From Octopus bimaculoides (Eukaryota): a stretch of DNA of 41,813 nt. The DNA is taken from contig NC_068997.1 in the NCBI RefSeq assembly GCF_001194135.2, positions 38,384,573-38,426,385 of the forward strand. The letters run 5' to 3'. A program made the position numbers and the translations under genes. The notes under the pieces were generated by a model. That model worked only from the letters and a program-made list of their open reading frames with translations, had not been told where the DNA came from and ran no database searches. Each line of letters begins with the position of its first letter. Positions within the stretch are counted from its first letter, which is position 1. Shown one piece after another: positions 33,036-41,813 of this stretch.

Positions 33036-33045
33036 ATGTGTGTGC
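32985..33045. repeat. (GT)n microsatellite
   Basis: Direct reading. Confidence 0.95.
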
Positions 33046-33541
33046 ATGTATGGATATTTGGATATTTATTTTAAAATATTTGGACATTATTTTAAACACT
33101 CAACGTATTCGTTATTCAGCACTCTACGAATTCGCAGTTTTCTACACCTTAAGATTGGTATTTAATGTAGTGATACCATAAAATGCAACCCATTGCTGCA
33201 GGGAATCCTAGTTTCTACCATTGGAAAATAAACTGGTGTGTATTTTCGCAGTTTAACGTAGAAGACACCGATGAAGATATCACTGCAGCATAAGTCTAAT
33301 ATCAATTATAATCGTTTGTTTCAACACACTCCATTTCGAACCCCATTACACATAAATAATCATTTAAAATAAATTACACAAAACTTGCATAAAATTATGT
33401 ATGGTTGAAATAGTGAAGAATGGCACTTCTTCAGGCGTTTACTAAACTCAGCTACCATACATGATAAGCGAAAGGGATATTTATCGCTGCTTATATATTC
33501 AGAGGAAACCAAAACAACTGTTTCCTGTAACCTAGTAATTA

Positions 33542-33728
33542 ATGGCTTCAAGTTTTGGCACAAGGCCAGCAATTTCGGGGGAGAAGCTAAGTCGATTGCA
33601 TCGATCTCACTGCTCAGTTGGTACTTATTTTATCGATCCTGAAAGGCAAACTCGACCTCTGCGGAATTTGAACTCGGAGCATAAAGACAGACGAAATACC
33701 GCTAAGCGTTCTGTTAGACCGCCGCCTT
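33542..33728 (-). mobile_element. SINE family B with 14-bp TSD
   Basis: TAACCTAGTAATTA at 33528-33541 and 33729-33742. Confidence 0.93.
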
Positions 33729-34383
33729 TAACCTAGTAATTATTAAGTAATAGTCCTTGTTGGACTTCAATAATTAGTTAAATTTTAATTGGAAATGCTT
33801 TTATTGTAAATTTTAAATTTTAATATTTTTATTGTAACTTAGTACTTCTTAATACTAACTCAGTTATTACTTCTACTGGACTATGATATTAAATCTTAAA
33901 TTTCCCTTTTTTAACTCCATTAATGTTTTAATTCCTATGTCTTCAATTTGGTTGAAATCATTTTAAACATTTCGCTTCACATATGTTCCGTTTTTACCAT
34001 TTTTACAAACTCCTCGTTACTAAAGCATTAACATGGTGTCTTTAATGACTGATAACTGTCATTTCTTACTTAGCTGTGTCCTATGGGGAAGGCGATGGCG
34101 AAAGTCTGTTTCTCTTGAATAATATTAGGGTCATAGTAATTATACAGGTTGCGCAAATATCTCATTAATTCGGAGTAGATATTTTGAATTTTCACAAATC
34201 CTTCGCATTAATAGCAACTAATTTTCATTTGTGTCAGCAATTACTTTCTTCTGTCTTAGACCATTATTCTTCGTCTCTTTTGCTTGCATTTTCTGAAATC
34301 TTGACAGTAGTCTCTCATATTCGTAATGTCAAAAGCATAAAGCCACCAAGAATATGTATAACAGATTTTGATGATGTAAAAAT

Positions 34384-34611
34384 ATTGGTTTCAAATTTTG
34401 GCACATGACAAGCGAATTTGGTGGAGATGGGATAAGTCTATTACATCGACTTCAGTGCGTAACTGGTACTTATTTTATAGATCCACCCTCCCTCCGAAAA
34501 GATGTAAGGCAAAGTCGACCTCGGCGGAATTTGAACTCAGAACATAAAGACGGACGAAATGCAGCTAATCATTTTACCCGGTGTGCTAACAATTCTGCAG
34601 CTCACTGCCTT
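34384..34611 (-). mobile_element. SINE family B
   Basis: Full-length match; imperfect TSD GATGATGTAAAAA / GATTATGCAAAAA. Confidence 0.9.
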
Positions 34612-34799
34612 AGATTATGCAAAAAAAAAAAAAAAGATTCAGAAAGATTTTCAAAATTTTCTGTATTCTTCTTTCCCTTTCTTTTTCTGGTAGAGTGGGT
34701 GGGGTGGATTGTGGTAAACAAGAAAGATTCCTGATTTAACATCCAAAGTGTTTTCATAACCTTTTAGTACTTTTGATACATCACTATTCTGTATTCAGC

Positions 34800-34975
34800 T
34801 CCCGCTAATGAAAATGTTATTAGCTGTGGAGTCATTCGACCTGCTACACGTAGCAACTATATATCTTTTAAATCGCCTGGGAAAAAAAAGGATACACTAA
34901 ATTCATACATCCTAGTTTCACTGTATCTGGAACCAATAAGTTATTACAAGTAAAATACATTTGATCATAGGTCTT
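34800..34975 (-). mobile_element. Short interspersed repeat related to 13085-13265
   Basis: TCGACCTGCTA...AGCAACT...TTTAAATCGC and TTTGATCATAGGTC resemble the reverse complement of that family. Confidence 0.35.
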
Positions 34976-36520
34976 GTCGATAACGGTATTGTCTATCATC
35001 GCGCTAAAATCGCCAAAGTACTGGACATTTACACGAGAATATCGGCCCCTGACAGAAATTAACCATGATTAGACGTTAAAAAGTATTAGTGACGAACATA
35101 AATTTTAAGTTTTTGAACTCTTAAAATGTATTACTAAAAAAACAATGTTTTCTTGTTTATTGCTGCGTTTTGCTTTCTGTTCGTATATTTACCAACAACC
35201 AATCTTATGGAGTTTGATTGTAATGTTCGAAAACTACATGTGATACATATTTCTTTTTCGATAAGACAGTTTGATTATCTATGAAATAATGTGATTTTTA
35301 GTCACTAAGTTAATACATGGCACCAAAAAGCTGCACGTACTATTGCTACTTAAAGAATAAGTACCTAAGTTTTGAAGCAAAGAAACGATCTTCCTACCCG
35401 ATAAGATTCAATTATATTGCTCTTATGCTAGAGCTCAATCGACCATTCAGAAATATGTATTCAACAATATATTTCAGCATGTCCACTACTATTTTAATTA
35501 GTTCAGGTCGATTACTAAAGCAATTTATAATGTAACCATAACAAAGTCTAAGAAGATAAAAATCTTTATAGAAATTCCTGAGCCTAAGTTTTCTTTTACT
35601 TCCTTCTCGACATCTATGATAACGAGTTATTGATTTGAGGCATTCATTAACCAGAATACAGCAACTAGCTCTGTTTTATATGTCTGCAATTTAAAATGAG
35701 TTATAGCAATATTGGTTTGTACTTTTCTGTTACTTAATCTTTCATCTTTCGATCAATATTACACTACTATAAATTTCTCTTCTAATACTCTTCATGACAG
35801 AACAGTAACATAGAGGATAATAGTATGGAAACACTGCATTAAAAATAATAAACCTGATTTCTCAGTCAAAAACATTAAAAATTATGCATCTGAAATCTAA
35901 TAAGGAAAGCACACAAATCACTTCGCTTAGTGCTTTTACGAATATTGAAATGACAAGGCAAGAATAAGTCATTAATACACAATATAGTATCAAGTACAAT
36001 GATATAAAACGTATACAAATACATTAAACAAATAATAAAAGTATCTAGTTCGAAGAAGTTGATACCTGTGAAAGTGACTTTGTGTACTACAGTTTCATAA
36101 CAATTTATTATATGGACAGGCATTTGAAAATAAATCAAACCGAATATATTAAATATTTTTCCGTGATTCTGCTTATTATAATAGTAGTATAAAAATAGTA
36201 GTAAAAGTGTATAAGTGTCGTCATCCACATCCTTCCTCCTCATCATTATTGTTATTATGATTACCTGAAAGTTATCGATTTTATCGCTAGAGACTATATG
36301 AAAGCAAGTGATGACATGTTCTAGATAATCAATACCTGTATTCTGTTATGTATACCTGTTTTCTCTTATGATTTTACTTGTTTTGGTCTTTGGTGTTTGG
36401 TTATGATGTGCATTGCTTTGAAGGGTTTACGAGATCAAATCTATTCCAGTACCTATTTGAAGTTAGATATTTATTCCATTAGTCAAAGAAAGTTATCTTG
36501 CAGTGAGCGTTAAATACAAG

Positions 36521-36580
36521 CGCGCACACACACACACACACATACACACACACACATACACACACACACACACACACACA
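36521..36580. repeat. (CA)n microsatellite
   Basis: Direct reading; lies just 3' of a minus-strand SINE-A head. Confidence 0.95.
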
Positions 36581-36733
36581 GAGGATTGACTTCCACATTA
36601 AATTTTACTCTCAAGGTATTGGTCGGTTCGGGACTATAGTAAACGACACTTGCACGTGGGGCCGAGCAGTGGAACAAAACTCAGAACCATGTGGTTGCGA
36701 AGTGAACTTCTTAACTACACAACCTTGCCTATA
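36581..36733 (-). mobile_element. SINE family A head, diverged
   Basis: GACACTTGC...GCAGTGG.AC..AAC.C.GAACCATGTGGTTG.GAAG...CTTCTTAAC.ACACA is the reverse complement of the family A head. Confidence 0.8.
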
Positions 36734-38226
36734 CTTTACCTAGAAGACACACATAATAAAATTACAAGTTGTAAGTTACCTAGATTGATAACAACAGTTT
36801 GTGTCGTAAAAACGGACATTATTAGACATACATCAGCTACATATTATGAAAAATTTATCTAAAATGTATTTGATTTTCAAGTCCAAACTATTAAGGGTAA
36901 ATAAATAATCCAAAAAGAAACTGAAATTTTTGTTTAGAAATTCTATTACTGGTGATTAGTATATAATGAACAAACTTTATCGCCACAATGGAGTCGAGTA
37001 AGAGCACACTTCCCAAGTATATCTCAGATCATTTTGGCCTAAATTCTGTAGCAAAAGGGAAACTAGAAAGATTACGACCCAAATACTTTATTGTTGAATA
37101 TTGTCAGAAATAGATACAATGCCAGTATATTTATTAGTCCGAATTTTTGACAAATATTGAACGAAAGCACCATAATGGAAAGACATTAGGAACAAATCTA
37201 ATAATTACATACTAATATTGGGGCTTTTCAGATATCTACTCATTTCTGTATTCAAGGTTAGGATTGAAGAAACTGATAGACCAAAGTAGCATCGTGAATG
37301 CTAGATGAGCTCATATTTTAAATGCATGATTTGTAATCTCAGTCGAAGCTACTAAACACTTCTTGACCAAAAAATTGAAGCCATATTCAGTTTTGCCACA
37401 CATTTGGCAGATACGTAAAGGATGATTGTTGGCATATAAACTTGAAATATAAACTTTTAAATATCCCAATAGAAATGCATGCCATTAACATTAAACCCGT
37501 AAAATCCCTAACTTCAAATTAAAGCTCTCATAGAAATAGAGATATTGACAGAGATTTTTTCGATATGAAAAGAACAATAAAATGTCTCAAGGTCAGTTCA
37601 ATTCAGACAGTTTCTTATGGTATTACTCATATAGCACCTATCAAATAACATCATTGCCTGGCCCTTTTCTGTTTTAGCAGAATTTGCTATATGCATTGGA
37701 ATGCTTGCTGTATATAGCAAGTAATCTGATTACGTGTATTGTATGAGGATAACTGGCATCTTTCCTCCCGCCAAATCACGAAGGCTCTGATTAGGGTCAT
37801 AGAGGCTCTCCTTACCCACCGGACTCATTTACCAAAAATAAACAACAGCAAAAGATGAATATATCAGACGAGTGCTCAAAGATATTGAGAGAATATCTTG
37901 CAAATCAGGAGAGAAATCTTCAAGAAGTCGGCACATAATGATATCTGATACAACTCAAAGATCTGAATAAGAAATACTCTGAATGCTAAGAAGAATTTAT
38001 GCACGGATATGTTAACAAGTAATTTGCGAATGATGACGCCAACCTTGAAAAAAGAGCATAGATTATCATGAAGGTGCGGCAGCTACATAAAATAATATAC
38101 TAGGTGCTGTGCTTTTGCAATCCAAGAACCAGAGATAACTATAAAATTCTTGTTGAATAAAAGAGATTTGAAGTCGTTAAAACCTTAAGATGAAACCGAA
38201 TGTATTGATACTTCGGGGAAAAATAT

Positions 38227-38440
38227 TCTTTTCTACTCGAGGCACAAGACCCGAAATTTTGAGGGAGGAGGCCAGTCGTTTAGATCGACCCCAATACGCA
38301 ACTGGTACTTAATTTATCCACTTCGAAAGGATGCAAGGCAAAGTTGACCTCTGCGGAATTTGAACTCAGAACGTAAAGATTGATGAAATACCGCTAAGCA
38401 TTTCGTCCGACGTGCTAACATTTCTGCCAGCTCACCGCCT
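38227..38440 (-). mobile_element. SINE family B with perfect 15-bp TSD
   Basis: TTCGGGGAAAAATAT at 38212-38226 and 38441-38455. Confidence 0.95.
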
Positions 38441-38849
38441 TTCGGGGAAAAATATAGTATTAACTTGCGTATGCACCTTGATATTCCAGCCAAAAAAAAA
38501 ACAATGTACAATAACTTCTGGAAATAAATAGCAAACTACTATTGACATTGAGTACATTTACACATTGTAATGCAAGAACTCAGGGGAAATTGGCGGTGAT
38601 CAGCGAAGGCAGCAATTAGTCAATAAGAGATTTTAGAAGAGTTCGAACTGTTTACTTGCTGTGAGAAGAGTTGAAACTAACCTTACGCTTCGCCTGAGAG
38701 TGAAGAAAACAAAATGTCAACAATGAATATAGGTTGAATACTTCTTTCACTCCGTCAACATGCACATATGCCCTGTATAGATATCTATGACAGAAATAAA
38801 ATATCATTCTATTGTTGAGCTCACCTTATATGGGAGCACTTTAGATGAA

Positions 38850-39350
38850 GTTACTAGCAGTAAGTATATTTATAGACAACTGTTTCTTGCAACATAAAAT
38901 GTTGTCTGTCAAAATACCTAACAGGTATAAAGTGTACGCAGACAACGCTTTCAAATCTTACAATTTCCTGACTGGGGCAGCACAACGCTTCGTACTGTCA
39001 TCTATGTTTTTCAACCTATACCTACTCGCTTTTCTCATGCCTTAAAGCATATATATTGCCTTATGTCCAAAGATCACACTCGTAACCTTCCACTGTTCTG
39101 CATACATAGCTACACAATTCAAACTTAGTTTACTGCCTTCTTCAATCTACATGAATACACTGCAAGCACTACTTACTGCCACCAGCCTACGTCAATATAC
39201 CGGCACCAAAACCATCTCCCAGGCAATGTACCGCGAAGAAAAATGCGTTTTCTGGACACACTTTCATGGATCCTACAAAAAACAACATCGTTATTACAGT
39301 TACCCTTTCCCAATATCAATCCGTATTTAGCGAAACCCCTCAACGTATTT
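38850..39350 (+). mobile_element. Decayed CR1/L2/Jockey-type RT fragment
   Basis: KSYNFLTGAAQRFVLSSMFFNLY resembles ..GVPQGSVLSP.LFNLY. Confidence 0.45.
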
Positions 39351-39631
39351 AAGCACTTCTTTAAGAAAAAAACACAAAACGCTGACTAACAAATTAACCT
39401 CACTGGTTTAATTTTGTCAAAATGTAAAATTTTATGTTTTTTTCACCGCCTTAGTGGTCTCTTCATTACAAAATCAACAAGTACGGTGGAATCTAAACAT
39501 ATTAGTGTCTCGAATCCTTTCACATACTCGTGAAATAATTGAAACGATATTAGTCATTGAATTAATGTTTCCTTTTCCAAACATTTCAAACTGGATTTTT
39601 TACGCTCACTTCATTTAATATATTAACACTA

Positions 39632-39853
39632 GCAAGGCGGCGAGCTGGCAGAAACGTTAGCACGCCGGCCGAAATGCTTAGCGGTATTTCGTCTGTCTTT
39701 ACGTTCTGAGTTTAAATTTCACCGAAGTCAACTTTGCCTTTCATCCTTTTGGGGTGAATAAATTAAGTACCAGTTGCCTACTGGGGTCGATCTAATCGAC
39801 TGGCCCTCTTCCCCAGAATTTTGAACCTTGTGCCTAGAGTAGAAAAGAATGTG
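39632..39853 (+). mobile_element. SINE family B with 9-bp TSD
   Basis: Head AAGGCGGCGAGCTGGCAGAAACGTTAGCACG; TTAACACTA at 39623-39631 and 39854-39862. Confidence 0.95.
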
Positions 39854-39968
39854 TTAACACTAACTTAACTGTCAGGTTATCAAACTTCTACGATATTTAT
39901 TGCTTCTCCTCTCAAGTCTCGTCATTACTGTTTGGTTCCGGTTTAATTTTTTTTATTTTTGAATATAT

Positions 39969-40167
39969 NNNNNNNNNNNNNNNNNNNNNNNNNNNNNNNN
40001 NNNNNNNNNNNNNNNNNNNNNNNNNNNNNNNNNNNNNNNNNNNNNNNNNNNNNNNNNNNNNNNNNNNNNNNNNNNNNNNNNNNNNNNNNNNNNNNNNNNN
40101 NNNNNNNNNNNNNNNNNNNNNNNNNNNNNNNNNNNNNNNNNNNNNNNNNNNNNNNNNNNNNNNNNNN
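39969..40167. other. Assembly gap (N run) within (TA)n
   Basis: 199 N with TA repeats on both sides. Confidence 0.99.
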
Positions 40168-40274
40168 ATATATATATATATATATATATACATTTATAAA
40201 CATAATTAAGGGGTCAGCAACAGTTGTTTCACCACATACCGAAGTTCAGAAATAACAGCTATATATATATATGC

Positions 40275-40278
40275 ATGT

Positions 40279-40311
<33 letters not shown>
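40275..40311. repeat. (GGAT)n microsatellite
   Basis: Direct reading. Confidence 0.9.
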
Positions 40312-41611
40312 CTTAATTGAAACTGTTTATCTTGCAATTCAAGTTTTAAGCCACCGTAATCTTTAGGCAAGAAAACTGGGGGATCTGTACTTGTTTGTTG
40401 TATGTATCAAACTTAATGAATATGTTTGTTTTGTCAATTAAGTATTTTGCCGCTTAATATTTTTTTAAATTTAGTGTTTCTGTTTTGAGAAAATCTCATA
40501 GCAGTAATTTACAATATCCCGAACTTTTGTTAGAAAAATATATATAATAATCTCGTTAGTTTAAGTATATAGTATTTCATTCTCGAATGATTTTACATTT
40601 TCCTTCATACTGTAATAGCTTTCAGCATAGTGAAAGATATAAATAGTGCTAACAGGAAATACTGTTTCCTTATATGTTTGAGTAACAAATCAGCGAAGCA
40701 AAACCTTTCGAGTTGCACACCCAAACTATGTAATGAATATTTTATAGTACTGTAATATCCGTGGAGGAGGATGTCAACTCACTTTTACATGCCTTCGAAA
40801 CTAAAAGGATGTGCATAAAAATTGTTTAGGCGTGTTGACAAAATATTCATAAAACAAACAAAAAAGAAGGATTGTTGGCAACGAAAATCGATTTTCTAGC
40901 AACCGTCAAGTCTGTTTCATATGAATAGTTATTACGGTTGATCAAGACACTTGTATAAAATACCATTTAACCAAATAATAACGGAACGAAAATATAGAAA
41001 GTAGATTTACTATTTTCAATGGATATCAGGAAATATATAGAAAAAAATTAATTTCCTATTAAACATTATATTCTCAAATTATTTCAGTATTCACGAACAG
41101 AAAAAATAAAATGCGTCTACTTTAAAAGAAGCAGTTTTATAGAAAGAAAAAAAGAACTAATTAGACCATCACTGTAATTAATGTAATTCACATTTCCAGC
41201 ACAGTTTCTGATCCATTCCAAATGAAATAAGGTAGTCAATGTTGAAAAACATCACTAACGCTAGATTTAATGGCAATGCTGTTGTCAAGGTGACTAACAG
41301 CTGAAGAATCAAACGAAAAAGCAAAAGTTAACGAAAAGCAATGCGACACCATTACTTTAAGAATATATGGCTGGAATGTAAAATCTATGAAACGACATTA
41401 GATTGCATAAAACATTCTGAAAGCTCAGCAAATGAAAGAATAATAATTATCTATTTCTTAATCAGTCGAGTTAGAATCATGCAGATTATAATTGCAGGCA
41501 TGTATGAAAGAAGTTGTGCGGGTCTTCGTGAACTTTATATATTAACAATTATCTTCTTAAGTCCCTCGATATTCCAAAATTCGATATGAAATGTTCAATA
41601 TTTTTACGAAC

Positions 41612-41813
41612 AGGCATAGGAGTGGCTGTGTGGTAAGTAGCTTGCTTACGAACCACATGGTTCTGGGTTCAGTCCCACAGTCCCACTACGTGTCACCTTG
41701 GGCAAGTGTCTTCTACAATAGCCTCGGGCCGACCAAAGCCTTCTGAGTGGATTTGGTAGACGGAAACTGAAAGAAGCCCGTCGTATATACGTATGTATAT
41801 ATATATATATATA
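41612..41813 (+). mobile_element. SINE family A head followed by (TA)n, cut by the window end
   Basis: Highly similar to 111-280; carries an 8-bp CAGTCCCA duplication just after the B-box-like motif. Confidence 0.92.

Noticed and set aside
33240-33295. Acceptor TATTTTCGCAG followed by FNVEDTDEDITAA*, with similar isolated acceptors at about 9555, 12420 and 28277
   Set aside because: Isolated splice-like signals are common in AT-rich DNA; no recognisable product or consistent exon chain.
39632-39720. tRNA-like heads of SINE families A and B as tRNA genes
   Set aside because: They have A/B-box-like motifs but no complete cloverleaf, and they continue into SINE bodies with TSDs.

Overview
AT-rich, microsatellite-dense animal genomic DNA with five N gaps. 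The SINE families and the repeat mix look like an octopus (coleoid cephalopod) genome; this is from recall, not a database check. No host protein-coding gene, rRNA, true tRNA gene or CRISPR array can be supported, and the window reads as intergenic DNA or a long intron. Most recognisable sequence is decayed mobile DNA: about seven R4/Dong-clade (restriction-like endonuclease) LINE fragments, L2/CR1 LINE fragments, four Penelope-like fragments (one with an open 242-aa GIY-YIG frame), an internally deleted Gypsy LTR element, a hAT MITE and about 14 tRNA-derived SINE copies of two families. The clearest structural story is at 17644-22343. The Gypsy LTR carries its own (ATT)n microsatellite, and a young Dong-like LINE has inserted into that repeat in one LTR. 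The same element has 40 in-frame GAA (Glu) codons in the gag N-terminus. I found no convincing novel multi-gene system; the findings concern TE nesting, repeat biology and possible RNA structure. Boundaries of old fragments are approximate (tens of bp).
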